From: an uncultured Nitrospiraceae bacterium
GTDB taxonomy: Bacteria; Nitrospirota; Thermodesulfovibrionia; Thermodesulfovibrionales; Dissulfurispiraceae
Assembly (NCBI GenBank): GCA_963705105.1
Contig: CAVPIW010000005.1
Span: 96,001-160,000, forward strand
Length of the DNA: 64,000 bases
Direction of reading: 5' to 3'
The notes below the pieces were generated by a model. It saw only the letters and a list, made by a program, of their open reading frames with translations, was not told where the DNA came from and did not search any database. The position numbers were made by a program, and so were the translations under genes. This document shows positions 36,741 to 47,315 of the stretch, piece after piece; the first letter of the stretch is position 1; every line of letters starts with the position of its first letter.

Positions 36741-37448
36741 CTATCCTTTCTGTGCTTCCTTTTGTTCTTCCTGTTCTTCAAAGGCCCGAATGTGCTCGAG
36801 CGATATCCTCCGGGGACCGCCATGGAATGACGTCGACCAGTTCCTCGGCGGCTGGACTTCGGTCAGCTTTTCGAGCTGACCGATCTGCTTCATCCTCTCG
36901 ACGATCAGGAACCATCCGCAGTCGACCTCGTCACCGACTTCGCATTTTCCCTTGTTGGTCCCGCCGCATGGTCCGTTCATGAGGGACTTTGTGCACCGCG
37001 CGATGGGGCAGATGCCGCCCGTCAGGTGGACGATGCAGTTGCCGCATCCCAGGCAGAGCTCGGTGAACTTGCCGGGCTCCGGCACGGCGCCGTAGAACGA
37101 CGTGTTGACGCCGGGGTAGACAGGTATGTTCCCGATCCTGTCGGCCAGGAAATTGACGCCCACACCGCAGGCCGTCGAGACGACGAGGCTCTGCTTCCTC
37201 AGCTCGTCCATGACAGGATCGAAGTACTCGGGCTCACACTGCCTCATGATGCCGTTGGTGTTGATGGTCATATCCTTGCCTTCCTGAGCCGCTTTCATCT
37301 TCAGCATGGAGCCGATGATCTCCGCCTCCTTGCCGCCTCCTGCATGGCATATCGCAACGCAGGTGTTGCAGCCGAGGATATAGACCGACTTGTAATCCTT
37401 TACCATATCCCAGATTTCTTCAAATGGCTTTTGTGTGCCAACAATCAT
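36741..37448 (-). CDS. metV: MTHFR Fe-S subunit MetV
   Basis: GC..C...C..GG, CLGCGNC, GGICP..RCTKSLMNGPCGG, DCGW. Confidence 0.88.
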   Translation of the reverse strand: MIVGTQKPFEEIWDMVKDYKSVYILGCNTCVAICHAGGGKEAEIIGSMLKMKAAQEGKDMTINTNGIMRQCEPEYFDPVMDELRKQSLVVSTACGVGVNFLADRIGNIPVYPGVNTSFYGAVPEPGKFTELCLGCGNCIVHLTGGICPIARCTKSLMNGPCGGTNKGKCEVGDEVDCGWFLIVERMKQIGQLEKLTEVQPPRNWSTSFHGGPRRISLEHIRAFEEQEEQKEAQKG

Positions 37449-37461
37449 TGTTCGTCACTCC

Positions 37462-37959
37462 TTATGTATCCCGTTTACACTTTGCGATCCAGATCGGCGA
37501 GGGACCCAGATTCTTAATCTTTTCCGTGAACACCGTACAGATCTCGGCCCATTTCGGACCCATGGCAGCCGAGAGATTGAACATCTCGACGCGCTCGGGA
37601 TCGATGCCGACCTTGGGCAGCAATGTTTTTAAGTACTTGACCCTTCTCGCTGCGTATGTATTACCTACCAGGTAATGACATTGCTCCTGCAGTCAACCGG
37701 CCACGAAGACCCCGTCCACCCCCTTCTCAAAGGCACGGAGAATATGCATGTGATCGAGCTTTCCCGTGCAGGGAAGCCTGATCACCTTCACATTCGAGGG
37801 GTAGGAGAGTCTCATGACGCCGGCAAGGTCTGCAGCTGCAAAGGCGCAGAAATGGCAGGCGAAGGCCAGTATGTTCGGCTCCCATCCGGGGGGAGCTTCA
37901 TGGGGTTTCTCTATGGGAGAACCCTCCTTCTGTGGTGCAGACTCCACGACAGTTGCCAT
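37462..37959 (-). CDS. mvhD: MvhD/FlpD [2Fe-2S] subunit, selenoprotein (in-frame UGA at 37693-37695)
   Basis: CHFCAFAAADLAG, PCTG, DGVFVAG-UGA-LQEQCHY..GN; frame stays open to TAA at 37462; SECIS-like hairpin just 3' of the UGA. Confidence 0.88.
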
Positions 37960-38014
37960 TCTTTGTCTCTTCCTCCTGCTGTATTTATAAAACGTTTATC
38001 CTAATACTGATTTC

Positions 38015-41000
38015 CTAACATTCCACGGCGGCGTCGATCATCGCAGTGATCTGGTCGTCCCTGAAGCTGTTCACCTGGAACGCCTTGGCCGGGCAGATGC
38101 CGGCGCAGATGCCGCAGCCGTGGCACTTCACCTCGTTGTGAGCCACCCTGCCCTCTTCATCGATGTACGGCGAATTGAAGGGGCAGACCCTGAAGCAGCT
38201 CAGGCAGGACATGCAGTAGTCCCTCCTGTGCTTGGCGATGATGCCGGAGACGGCGAGCCGCTCGTGGGAGAGGACGACGCCTGCCCGGCCGGCCGCCGCG
38301 AGGGCCTGGCTGATCGTTTCGTCGAGGTTCTTCGGCGCATGGGCAAGGCCTGTCACGAAGATGCCTTCACTCGGGAAGTCGACGGGACGGAGCTTGACGT
38401 GGGCTTCGAGGAAGTATCCGTCGGGATTGCGGGTGACCTTGTACATCTCACCCACCTTGCCCGTCGTCGGGTGAGGCCTGAGACCCGTCGAAAGCACAAG
38501 CCAGTCGGCGTCGAGCACGATCTCCCTGTTGAGCATGTAGTCCCAGGTCTTGATCTTCAGCTTGTCCCCGACCTGTTCCACTTCCGGTTTCCGGTCCACT
38601 TCATAGCGCACGAAGAGGACGCCCTTGTCACGGGCGAGCTTGAAGTAATCTTCCCTGAGGCCGTAGGTCCGGATATCCCTGTAGAGGATCGCGACGTAGG
38701 CCTTCGGGTTCTTCTCCTTTATCGCTATGGCATTCTTGATGGCATCCTGGCAGCAGATCCTCGAGCAGTACTGGTTGGGTTCCTCCCTGGAGCCGACGCA
38801 CTGGACCATGACGAACCGCTCTCCCGCCTTGGGCTGCTGACCTCCCGCAAGGGTCTTTTCAAGCTCCCGCTGGGTGATGACCCGGTCGCTCTCCTGGTAC
38901 ATGTATTCCGTCGGCTGATACTCGACGCCTCCCGTTGCGAGCACAATGGCGCCGTGGTCGAAAGAGTTTCCGTCCGTGAGAATCGTCTTGAAATTGCCGA
39001 CAAACCCCTCTGTTTTTGACACCTCAACGCCGGTATGCAGCTTGATGCGGGGATGGGACTGCACAGCCGCGATCCTCTCTTTGAGGAACGCCTGCACATC
39101 GTTTCCCTCGAGGTTCCGGTAGAGGTTTCTCGTGAGACCTCCGAGCTCGCTCTCCTTTTCGACGACATGGACATCGAAGCCCTGATCGGCGAGGGAGAGG
39201 GCCGTCGTCATCCCGGCTATGCCGCCGCCGATGATCATCGCCGTCGGGGTAACGCCGACGGTCTCCGTCGTCAGGGGCTCCAGCAGCCTCGCCTTGGCGA
39301 TGGCCATCTTGGTGATCTGTATAGCCTTCTTCGTCGCCTCCTCCTTGTGTCCCATATGGCACCACGAGCACTGCTCGCGGATGTCGGCGAGGTCGAAGAG
39401 ATACTTGTTCAGTCCCGCTTCGCGGATTGTCTCCTGGAAGAGGGGTTCGTGGGTCCTGGGCGTACAGGATGCGACGACGATCCGGTTCAGGCTGTGCTCC
39501 TTGATGAGCTGTTTCAGGATCTCCTGGCTGTCCTGGGCGCAGGCATACACCGTGTTCGTCGCGTAGACGACTCCGGGCAGATCCTTGACGGCCTCGACGA
39601 CCTGCTCGACATCCACCGTGCCGGCGATATTGATGCCGCAGTGGCATACGAAGATGCCGATCCTGGGCTCCTGGCCCTTGACGTCGGTCTCCGGCGGCAG
39701 TTCCTTCTTGATAGTTTCTGTCCCCCTGGCTTCACCGAGGAGGGACATCGCCTCTCCTGCCACGGCGCTTCCCTGCATGACCGTATCAGGAATGTCCTTC
39801 GGACCCTGGTAGGTGCCGGTCACGTAGATGCCTTCCCGCGACGTCGCGATAGGCTTAAGCGGAGAGGTCTTGGCGAAGCGGTACTCGTTCATCTCGATGC
39901 CGAAGGTCTTCGCGAATGCTTCCGCATCCTTGTGGGGTTCGAATCCGATGGACAGGACAGCCATGTCGAAAGTCTCATCGACGAGCTTGCCGTCTTCGGT
40001 GGCATACCTGAGGATGAGGTTCCCCGTCTCGGGCTCCTCGCGGATCGCGGAGATCATGGCGCGCTGGTACCGCACACCATAGTCCTTTTTTGCCCTCTCC
40101 ACATACTTGTCGAAGTCCTTGCCGAAGGCCCTCATCTCCATGAAGAAGATCGTGGGCTCGACATGGGCATCATGTTCCTTGGCGATGATCGACTGCTTCG
40201 TCGCATACATGCAGCAGACAGACGAACACCAGGGGTTTGCGTTGTGGTTATCCCGCGACCCGACGCACTGGATCCAGGCGATCTTGTGGGGGTGCTTCCC
40301 GTCGAAGGGACGCTTCACCTCTCCCTTGTACGGACCGGATGCCGAAAGGATACGCTCGAACTGGATTGCAGAGACGACGTTCTTCCACCGCCCGAGTCCG
40401 AGTTCGCCCCTCACCCTCGCATCGTACCGGTCAAGTCCCGGGCAGAGGATGATGGCGCCGACGTGCAGCTCGAGCATCTTTTCCTTGTCTTCATAGTTGA
40501 TCGCGCCGGCCTTGCAGACCTCCTGACATTTCTGGCACTTGCCCTTTGTCATGTAGAGGCACTGTGTCGGGTCGATGGCCCTCGTGTTCGGAACCGCCTG
40601 GGGGAAGAGGGAGTAAATGGCCCTGCGCGTCGCCAGTCCCTGCTCGAATTCGCTCGGGACGCCGCGCTTGGGGCACTTTGCCTCGCAGTCGCCGCAGCCT
40701 GTGCACTTGACCGGATCGACAAACCGCGGCGCCAGTCTCACCTTCACCGTGAAATCGCCCGGAACGCCCTCCACAGAGACGACCTCGGCAAGGGTATGGA
40801 TGTCGACGTTGAGATGGCGTCCGACCTCGACCATTTTGGGCGAGATCATACACATCGAGCAGTCTCCCGTCGGGAAGGTCTTGTCGAGCATGACCATGGT
40901 ACCGCCGATGGAGGACTCCTTCTGGACCATATGGACCTTGAAGCCGCTGTCAGCGAGGTCCAGGGCGGCCTGCATGCCGCCGATACCGCCGCCGACGATC

Positions 41001-41041
41001 AGGACGGACCCTCTTTTATTGGTTGATGCTTTCTCGTTCAT
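38015..41041 (-). CDS. hdrA: Heterodisulfide reductase subunit A-like flavoprotein
   Basis: Two GGGI[GA]GM FAD motifs, LDKTFPT.DC, two QCVGSR and CS..CC motifs, CHCG.NI, CTPRTHE, ferredoxin motifs. Confidence 0.93.
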   Translation of the reverse strand: MNEKASTNKRGSVLIVGGGIGGMQAALDLADSGFKVHMVQKESSIGGTMVMLDKTFPTGDCSMCMISPKMVEVGRHLNVDIHTLAEVVSVEGVPGDFTVKVRLAPRFVDPVKCTGCGDCEAKCPKRGVPSEFEQGLATRRAIYSLFPQAVPNTRAIDPTQCLYMTKGKCQKCQEVCKAGAINYEDKEKMLELHVGAIILCPGLDRYDARVRGELGLGRWKNVVSAIQFERILSASGPYKGEVKRPFDGKHPHKIAWIQCVGSRDNHNANPWCSSVCCMYATKQSIIAKEHDAHVEPTIFFMEMRAFGKDFDKYVERAKKDYGVRYQRAMISAIREEPETGNLILRYATEDGKLVDETFDMAVLSIGFEPHKDAEAFAKTFGIEMNEYRFAKTSPLKPIATSREGIYVTGTYQGPKDIPDTVMQGSAVAGEAMSLLGEARGTETIKKELPPETDVKGQEPRIGIFVCHCGINIAGTVDVEQVVEAVKDLPGVVYATNTVYACAQDSQEILKQLIKEHSLNRIVVASCTPRTHEPLFQETIREAGLNKYLFDLADIREQCSWCHMGHKEEATKKAIQITKMAIAKARLLEPLTTETVGVTPTAMIIGGGIAGMTTALSLADQGFDVHVVEKESELGGLTRNLYRNLEGNDVQAFLKERIAAVQSHPRIKLHTGVEVSKTEGFVGNFKTILTDGNSFDHGAIVLATGGVEYQPTEYMYQESDRVITQRELEKTLAGGQQPKAGERFVMVQCVGSREEPNQYCSRICCQDAIKNAIAIKEKNPKAYVAILYRDIRTYGLREDYFKLARDKGVLFVRYEVDRKPEVEQVGDKLKIKTWDYMLNREIVLDADWLVLSTGLRPHPTTGKVGEMYKVTRNPDGYFLEAHVKLRPVDFPSEGIFVTGLAHAPKNLDETISQALAAAGRAGVVLSHERLAVSGIIAKHRRDYCMSCLSCFRVCPFNSPYIDEEGRVAHNEVKCHGCGICAGICPAKAFQVNSFRDDQITAMIDAAVEC

Positions 41042-41913
41042 ACCAGATTTAACTCCTTTAAAAGTCTCACTGATTCTACGAAATGCCTGTCGACGTGCAT
41101 CTGGCTTGGGCTCAGGCCCATGGCGAGACCGACGAGCTCGGTGATGAAATAGACAGGCAGCTTTTGCTGGATCCCGTGTTTATTCACAACGTCGTTCTGA
41201 TACATGTCGAGGTTGAGCTGGCACATTGGACATGTCACAACGAAGCAGTTGGCGCCCCTGCCGATGGCGTCCTTCATGATTTTCGACATGAGGAAGAGAG
41301 AGACGTCGCCGTCATTGACCGATGCCGAGGCGCCGCAGCAGTCGGTCTTGTAGCTCCATTCGACAGGCTGGGCGCCGAGGGCCTTGCAGACGTTCTCCAT
41401 TCCCTGGGGGTTCTCGACATTATCGGGAATGGCGATGTCGCCGGGGAACCGTGTCAGCAGGCAACCGTAATAGCACGCGGGCTTGAGGCCCTCGAGCTTC
41501 TTCGTCACAACGTCGCCGAAATCCTTTGACTTGGTCTTGTTGACGAGCAGTTCGACGATGCTCCTGATCTTGACGTTTCCCTGGACCTTCTTCGCCAGTT
41601 CGGCGTTGATGACATTTTTCAAACCCTGGTCTTCGGCGAGTCTCTTTTGTGAGACGAGCATCCTGCTGTAACAGGACGAGCAGGGTATCAGAATCTCGGA
41701 CATGCCGCTCGCGTCGGCGATCCCGAGGTTGCGTGCCGGTAGTGCGACGGCAAGGAACTCGTTCGTCTTGCTCGCCGACGTGGCGCCGCAGCAGTTCCAG
41801 TCCTCTATCTCCTTAAGCTCGATCCCGAGCTTCTTGAACACGAGTTTGCTCTGCAGGTCGTACAGCTCCGATGAGGCGTGCAGTGAACATCCCGGATAGT
41901 AGGCTATTTCCAT
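41038..41913 (-). CDS. hdrB: Heterodisulfide reductase subunit B
   Basis: YYPGC, WNCCG, YYGC, DCCG, CPMCQ.NL (two CCG domains). Confidence 0.93.
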   Translation of the reverse strand: MEIAYYPGCSLHASSELYDLQSKLVFKKLGIELKEIEDWNCCGATSASKTNEFLAVALPARNLGIADASGMSEILIPCSSCYSRMLVSQKRLAEDQGLKNVINAELAKKVQGNVKIRSIVELLVNKTKSKDFGDVVTKKLEGLKPACYYGCLLTRFPGDIAIPDNVENPQGMENVCKALGAQPVEWSYKTDCCGASASVNDGDVSLFLMSKIMKDAIGRGANCFVVTCPMCQLNLDMYQNDVVNKHGIQQKLPVYFITELVGLAMGLSPSQMHVDRHFVESVRLLKELNLV

Positions 41914-41946
41914 ATTTTCCCTCTACATCTCACGTGACCGCAAGGG

Positions 41947-42561
41947 CTATTTCCCCCCGCCGGCCTGTGTTGATTTTTCATACAGGCGTTTCACTTCGTT
42001 CAGGCCCTTGACCTTCTCGAATTTGAAATGCATCCGTTTATTCTTCATCATCGCCATGCCGATTTTGGCCTGGCTCTTGAGTTCGTCGATAACGGCCTTC
42101 CAACCGCCGCGCTGCTTCTCGCGCTTGGCATTGTCCATCTCGAAGAGACCCATGAACTCGATCTCGTTCAGCCGGCCGAAATGACCTGCCGACGTGATGA
42201 AGGCATGATGGAAGGAGTAGACTTTCGGGATGAGCGGTTCGAGATGGCCTTTCTTGGACATCTGTTTGAGAGTCTCCGTAATCCGGGCGCTATGGATGTT
42301 GTTCGGGCAGCGGGTGCCGCAGGTGTAACAGGCGACGCACCGCCAGACGAGAAGGTTCTTGAGGGCCTCCTCCCGCTCGCCGAGCAGGATCATCCTGATC
42401 AGACGGTCGGGGGTCACTCCCGATTCATCGCCCACCGGACAGCCAGCGGCGCAGCGACGGCATTGGTAGCAGGAGAGCAGGTTCTGGCCCGACTTCTCCG
42501 CAACCTCGTCCGCGAAGGACTGGGCGATTTCGGGCTCGAATTTCAGGGTTGCTGATGACAT
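41947..42561 (-). CDS. hdrC: Heterodisulfide reductase subunit C
   Basis: CYQCRRCAAGCP and WRCVACYTCGTRCP. Confidence 0.9.
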   Translation of the reverse strand: MSSATLKFEPEIAQSFADEVAEKSGQNLLSCYQCRRCAAGCPVGDESGVTPDRLIRMILLGEREEALKNLLVWRCVACYTCGTRCPNNIHSARITETLKQMSKKGHLEPLIPKVYSFHHAFITSAGHFGRLNEIEFMGLFEMDNAKREKQRGGWKAVIDELKSQAKIGMAMMKNKRMHFKFEKVKGLNEVKRLYEKSTQAGGGK

Positions 42562-42803
42562 ATTGTAACTCCTTGTCTTTTCCTGATTTTTAACCGGTAG
42601 ACCTGCAAATTGTTCGGTCTGTTCATCTCAAGCGGATACAGCTTAACAGTAAGTTTTGTTCAAAGTCAAGCACTTGTTGGTATTATATATCAAACCTTTT
42701 CAATAAGAAAAGCCCCGTTCGGGAACCCGCAGGAAACGGCCTTTCGCGGCCCGGACCGTTCTTGCTCTCTTTTTCCCATTGTGCTAATATAATGTTTTTC
42801 GCC

Positions 42804-44000
42804 ATGGAAGTCCGCAAAATCATAGAGGAAGCCGACCGGTACGTGATGCACACCTATGGCCGTTTTCCCATCGTGCTGAGGAAAGGGCGGGGGATGCGGG
42901 TGTGGGGCGCCGACGGAAAGGAGTATCTCGACTTCGTCGGCGGCATCGCCGTCAACGTGCTCGGCCATTGTCATCCAAAAGTCGTTGTGGCCATTCAGAA
43001 ACAGGCCCAGAGGCTGCTGCACGTTTCGAACCTCTATCACATCGAACCGCAGATAAAGCTGGCGAAACTGCTCGTGAACAACTCCTTCGCCGACAAGGCC
43101 TTTTTCTGCAATTCCGGCGCAGAGGCGAACGAAGCGGCGATCAAGCTCGCCCGCAAGTATGCAAAGGAGCACGCCGGGCCTCATTGCTACGAGATCATCA
43201 CCGCCCTGAACTCCTTCCACGGGCGGACCCTCGCGACGGTGACCGCGACGGGACAGGAGAAGTTCCGCCGCGGCTTCGAACCGCTCATGCCCGGTTTCCG
43301 GTACATGCCGTTCAATGATCTCGGCGCCTTGAAGTCATCAATCACCGAGCACACCTGTGCCGTTATGCTCGAACCGATCCAGGGGGAAGGCGGGGTCAAG
43401 ATCCCGTCCGAGACATATCTCCAAGGCGTCCGGGAGATATGCGACAGCAACGACCTCCTCCTCATTCTCGACGAGGTGCAAACAGGGATGGGAAGGACCG
43501 GCAAGCTCTTCGCCCATGAACTGTTCGGGATCACCCCTGACATCATGACCCTTGCAAAAGGCCTGGGCGGCGGTGTCCCCATCGGCGCCATGGTGGCGAC
43601 GGACAGGGTGGCAGGCGCTTTTCAGCCGGGCAACCACGCCTCGACCTTCGGCGGCAATCCGCTCGTCTGCGCTGCAGCGATCGCGACAATCGAGACGATC
43701 CTCGAGGACGGTTTCGTTCTCGACAACTGCGTCCGGATGGGCACACATTTCCTCTCGAAGCTGCAGCAGCTTAGAAATGACTACCCCGATTCGATCATAG
43801 ATGTGCGCGGAAAGGGTCTCATCGTTGCGATTGAACTCACCTTTGACGGGGCGTCCGTCGTGAAGTCCTGCCTTGAACGGGGCATACTGATCAACTGCAC
43901 CGCCGGCAATGTCCTGAGATTCACCCCGCCGCTGATCGTCCAGGAGCGGGACATCGACCGTCTCATAGACGTCATAGAGGAGGTTTTGTCGAGAAAGTGA
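42804..44000 (+). CDS. argD: Acetylornithine aminotransferase
   Basis: NSGAEANEAA, SFHGRT, EPIQGEGG, DEVQTG, AKGLGGG; upstream of argF. Confidence 0.93.
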   Translation: MEVRKIIEEADRYVMHTYGRFPIVLRKGRGMRVWGADGKEYLDFVGGIAVNVLGHCHPKVVVAIQKQAQRLLHVSNLYHIEPQIKLAKLLVNNSFADKAFFCNSGAEANEAAIKLARKYAKEHAGPHCYEIITALNSFHGRTLATVTATGQEKFRRGFEPLMPGFRYMPFNDLGALKSSITEHTCAVMLEPIQGEGGVKIPSETYLQGVREICDSNDLLLILDEVQTGMGRTGKLFAHELFGITPDIMTLAKGLGGGVPIGAMVATDRVAGAFQPGNHASTFGGNPLVCAAAIATIETILEDGFVLDNCVRMGTHFLSKLQQLRNDYPDSIIDVRGKGLIVAIELTFDGASVVKSCLERGILINCTAGNVLRFTPPLIVQERDIDRLIDVIEEVLSRK

Positions 44001-44909
44001 ACAAAAGAGATCTTCTGACCCTCTGGGATTTTTCGACCCCTGAAATCACCGCCCTGCTCAAGCGGGCGCTGGAGCTCAAGGCCGGTGCTGATGCGCAGAA
44101 GTGCCCGCTCATCGGCAAGAGCATCGGTCTGTACTTCGAGAAGCCCTCGACGAGAACCCGCGTCTCCTTCGAGGTCGGCATTTATCAACTTGGGGGGCAG
44201 TCCATCTATCTGACGCCGCAGGAACTGCAGTTGTCCCGGGGTGAGACGATTGCGGACACGGCACGCGTCCTTTCCCGTTATCTCCACGGCTTTGTGTTCA
44301 GGACATTCTCCCATGACCTCCAGGCCGAATTTGCCTCCCATGCGAGCGATACCGGTCATCAACGGCCTCTCGGACCTTCACCATCCCTGCCAGGCCCTTG
44401 CAGACCTCATGACGATCCTCGAGAAGAAGGGGAGACTCGAGGACGTGCGCATCGCCTATATCGGTGACGGCAACAATGTGGCCAACTCCCTCATCGAAGC
44501 CGCCGTCAGAACAGGCATGCAGATCATCGTCGCCTGCCCCGAGGGGTATGAGCCGAACCCGGACGTCCTCGACCGCGCCCGTGAAGGAGGGACGGCCGGA
44601 CAGGTGCTGATCCTGAGGAACGTCAGAGAGGCCGTGAGCCGTGCCGACGTCATCTATACCGACGTTTGGGTCAGCATGGGCCAGAAAGAGGACGGGCAGA
44701 AGAAGAAAAAGAAATTCGCGCCCTATCAGGTCAACGGCGAGCTCCTGCAATGCGCAGAAAAGGACGTCATCGTCCTCCATTGCCTGCCCGCCCACAGAGG
44801 CGAGGAGATCACCGACGAGGTCATGGACGGCGGGCACAGCGCCGTCTTCGACCAGGCAGAAAACAGGCTCCACACAGAAAAGGCCCTGCTCGAATACCTC
44901 ATTTCATAG
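43997..44909 (+). pseudogene. argF: Ornithine carbamoyltransferase with a one-base frameshift near 44345-44350
   Basis: STRTR in the first frame; PVINGL, HPCQ, DVWVSMG, HCLP, DQAENR in the second; one extra base in GCGAGCGATACCG; may be a sequencing error. Confidence 0.85.
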
Positions 44910-44920
44910 GAGAATTTGTC

Positions 44921-45244
44921 ATGCGTGATTACCCGGCAAGACTCCTTCTGCTATCGGGAGCTGTTGCCCTGCTCCTTGCCGTTTTGTCCTCCTGCAGCGA
45001 TTCGGGCTCCATCGACGGCGCTGAAGTCTTCAAGCGAGAGGGGTGCATCACCTGCCACACCTTCAAAGGACAGGGAGGCGTCGTCGGTCCCGACCTGACA
45101 TATGTCACAAAGAACCACAGTGACGGGTGGATCAAAGACCAGATCAGGAATTCAAAGGCGAACAACCCGGATTCAAGGATGCCCGAGTACAAGCATCTCT
45201 CGGGCGGAGAGGTCAACGCTATCGTTCGCTATCTGAAATCGTAG
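44921..45244 (+). CDS. Monoheme cytochrome c, probable lipoprotein
   Basis: Lipobox LSSC, CITCH, GPDLT, distal Met in SRMP. Confidence 0.85.
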   Translation: MRDYPARLLLLSGAVALLLAVLSSCSDSGSIDGAEVFKREGCITCHTFKGQGGVVGPDLTYVTKNHSDGWIKDQIRNSKANNPDSRMPEYKHLSGGEVNAIVRYLKS

Positions 45245-45267
45245 GCGATCGGCCCCATCTTTGCATA

Positions 45268-45460
45268 GGCCATCCAGTTGCGTCAGGATCTCCGGAAAGG
45301 CGGGGCGTCTGCGCCGACAAGCCTCGGTGGTGCGAAACCTTTGCCTTTCCATGAAGACCATTTCAGGCTGACGTCTGAAAGAAGTGAACCTTTTGCCGAC
45401 ACTCACACTGTCACTGACACTGCTTTTAGAGCGCTCCACCCCGCCTTTTCACGGCAAGGG
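45268..45460 (+). repeat. ~200-bp palindromic repeat family, subtype A
   Basis: GGAAAGGCGGGGCG...GGTGGTGCGAAACC...GACACTCACACTGTCACTGACACT...CCCCGCCTTTTCA. Confidence 0.85.
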
Positions 45461-45577
45461 GGGGCAGACCTTGTCCGCTTCCTTGCGGGATCTGTCTTTT
45501 CCTTGACTTGAACCCCTTTTTTCATATTAAGATAGAAAGCTTTTTTATTCATTCTCTTTCCCCTTTCCGGAGGACAC

Positions 45578-46045
45578 ATGCGGATCGCCATCGGTTCCGA
45601 CCATGCCGGCGTTGATATGAAGAAGGACGTCATCGCACTGTTGCGCAACCTCGGACATGACGTCGCCGACTACGGTACGGAGACGCCGCAGTCCGTCGAT
45701 TATCCGGATTTCGGGGAAAAGGTGTCCCTCGCCGTCTCGGCGGGGGAGTTCGACAGGGGCGTTCTCATCTGCGGCACCGGCATCGGGATGTCCATCGTGG
45801 CAAACAAATTCCCGAACATCCGCGCCTCCCTCTGCAACGAGCTCTTCTCGGCAAGGATGAGCAGGCTCCACAATGACGCGAACATCCTCGTCCTGGGGGG
45901 GCGCATCATCGGCAGGGACCTGGCGGCGGAGATCGTTCGGGTCTGGATGACCACACCCTTTGAGGGCGGCAGGCATGCGAACAGACTCAGGAAAATTTGC
46001 CTCATTGAGGAAAAGACAAAACTGAACGAAAGGACGTCTCTATAA
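45578..46045 (+). CDS. rpiB: Ribose-5-phosphate isomerase B
   Basis: GSDHAG, VDYPD, CGTGIG, HNDAN, FEGGRH. Confidence 0.96.
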   Translation: MRIAIGSDHAGVDMKKDVIALLRNLGHDVADYGTETPQSVDYPDFGEKVSLAVSAGEFDRGVLICGTGIGMSIVANKFPNIRASLCNELFSARMSRLHNDANILVLGGRIIGRDLAAEIVRVWMTTPFEGGRHANRLRKICLIEEKTKLNERTSL

Positions 46046-46073
46046 CGGCTTATAGAGCGAACGGCGGTCGACC

Positions 46074-47315
46074 ATGATGCTGAACAGCCTGAAGCAAACG
46101 GACCCGGACGTATACGACGCGATCGGCAATGAATTGCGTCGCGAAGAGGAGAAGATCCTCCTCATCGCATCAGAGAACTACGTGAGCCGTGCCGTTCTTG
46201 AGGCGCAGGGGTCCGTTTTTACGAATAAATACGCTGAAGGGTATCCGAACAAGCGCTATTACGGTGGTTGCGAGTTCGCCGACGTCGTCGAGGACCTTGC
46301 CATCAGGAGGGCCAAGGAAATCTTCGGCGCCGAGCACGTGAACGTTCAGCCCCATTCGGGGAGCCAGGCCAATATGGCGGTCTACTTTTCCTGCCTGAAA
46401 CCGGGTGACACCATCCTCGGCATGTCGCTCAGCCACGGTGGTCACCTGTCTCACGGCGCCAAGGTCAATTTCACCGGCACGCTTTACAACCCCGTCTTTT
46501 ATGGTGTCAACAGGGAGACGGGATATATCGATCTCAACGAGGTGAGAGACGTCGCAAAGACGCACAGGCCGAAGATGATCATCGTCGGTGCGAGCGCCTA
46601 TTCGAGAATCATCGACTTCAAGTCTTTCTCCGACATAGCGAAGGAAGTCGACGCCTATCTTTTGGCTGACATCGCCCACATCGCCGGCCTTGTCGCGGCG
46701 GGTATACATCCCTCTCCCTTTCCCCACGCCGATTTCGTGACCACAACGACCCATAAGACCCTTCGCGGTCCCCGCGGAGGCATTGTCATGTGCAAGGCGG
46801 CATTTGCCAGGGCCGTGGACAAGGCTGTCTTTCCGGGCATCCAGGGAGGTCCCCTCGTCCATGTCATCGCCGCCAAAGCCGTGGCCCTCAAGGAGGTCCT
46901 GACAGAGGAATTCAGGCGCTACCAGGCCAGAGTCGTGGCGAACGCCCGCAGGCTCTCCCAGGGGCTCCTCGGGCGGGGATTCCGGATCATATCGGGCGGG
47001 ACGGACAACCATCTGTTCCTCGTCGATCTGCAGAGCAAGAACATCACCGGCAAAGAGGCGGAAGAGTCCCTTGACAGGGCCGGCATCACGGTGAACAAGA
47101 ACTCCATCCCCTATGACCCCAATCCGCCGACGGTGACGAGCGGTATCAGGCTCGGCACGCCCAGCGTCACGACGAGGGGGATGGGTGAGTCTGAAATGGA
47201 CGATATCGTCGACATCATCACGTCGATCATCGAAAACAAGAAGGATGAACGGGGAATTGCAGAGATGAACGACCGTGTCAGGTCGCTCTGCGGCAAGTTT
47301 CCGATGTACGGCTGA
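46074..47315 (+). CDS. glyA: Serine hydroxymethyltransferase
   Basis: [40 protein letters not shown]. Confidence 0.97.
   Translation: MMLNSLKQTDPDVYDAIGNELRREEEKILLIASENYVSRAVLEAQGSVFTNKYAEGYPNKRYYGGCEFADVVEDLAIRRAKEIFGAEHVNVQPHSGSQANMAVYFSCLKPGDTILGMSLSHGGHLSHGAKVNFTGTLYNPVFYGVNRETGYIDLNEVRDVAKTHRPKMIIVGASAYSRIIDFKSFSDIAKEVDAYLLADIAHIAGLVAAGIHPSPFPHADFVTTTTHKTLRGPRGGIVMCKAAFARAVDKAVFPGIQGGPLVHVIAAKAVALKEVLTEEFRRYQARVVANARRLSQGLLGRGFRIISGGTDNHLFLVDLQSKNITGKEAEESLDRAGITVNKNSIPYDPNPPTVTSGIRLGTPSVTTRGMGESEMDDIVDIITSIIENKKDERGIAEMNDRVRSLCGKFPMYG

Noticed and set aside
39035..41026. 663-aa plus-strand ORF
   Set aside because: Antisense shadow of hdrA in GC-rich DNA; no motifs
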